64,000 nucleotides of DNA, from assembly GCA_964016885.1 (NCBI GenBank), contig OZ024760.1, forward strand, positions 15,934,001 to 15,998,000, given 5' to 3'. Below are positions 63,911 to 64,000 of this stretch, piece after piece. The notes beneath the pieces were generated by a model. That model made no database searches. It had not been told where the DNA came from and saw nothing but the letters and a program-made list of their open reading frames with translations. The position numbers and the translations under genes are program-made. This DNA comes from Eledone cirrhosa. Taxonomy: Eukaryota. Each line of letters begins with the position of its first letter. The first letter of the stretch is position 1.

Positions 63911-64000
63911 ATGGCTTAGTGGTTAGAGCATTGGCCTTGCAATCAAAGGTTGAGAGTTCAATTCTCAGACCGGGTGATGTGTTGTTTCCTTGAGCAAGAC
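63911..64000 (+). mobile_element. CORE-like SINE head, truncated by the window end
   Basis: A box, B box and CCTTGAGCAAGAC. Confidence 0.8.

Overview
AT-rich, microsatellite-dense animal genomic DNA. The repeat landscape suggests an octopus or other coleoid cephalopod (inference, not verified). I reconstructed five intact host genes by hand, checking GT-AG junctions and reading phase: TUBGCP5 (minus, 22 coding exons, 997 aa), an intronless SPTSSA-like gene (plus), MED30 (minus), REC114 (minus) and SDE2 (minus). The window also holds the terminal coding exon of a sixth gene. It fuses a long polyQ/His-rich region to a Merlin/IS1016 (ISXO2-like) transposase that keeps its zinc-binding cysteines but appears to have lost two of three catalytic residues, so it is a candidate domesticated transposase. 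Introns and intergenic DNA contain tRNA-derived SINEs, piggyBac, mariner and hAT MITEs, RTE/CR1/CRE-like LINE remnants and TE-derived minisatellites. There is also a set of minimal type I hammerhead-ribozyme-like motifs and long palindromes resembling Penelope-like element pseudo-LTR remnants. Family assignments come from motif recall, not database searches.
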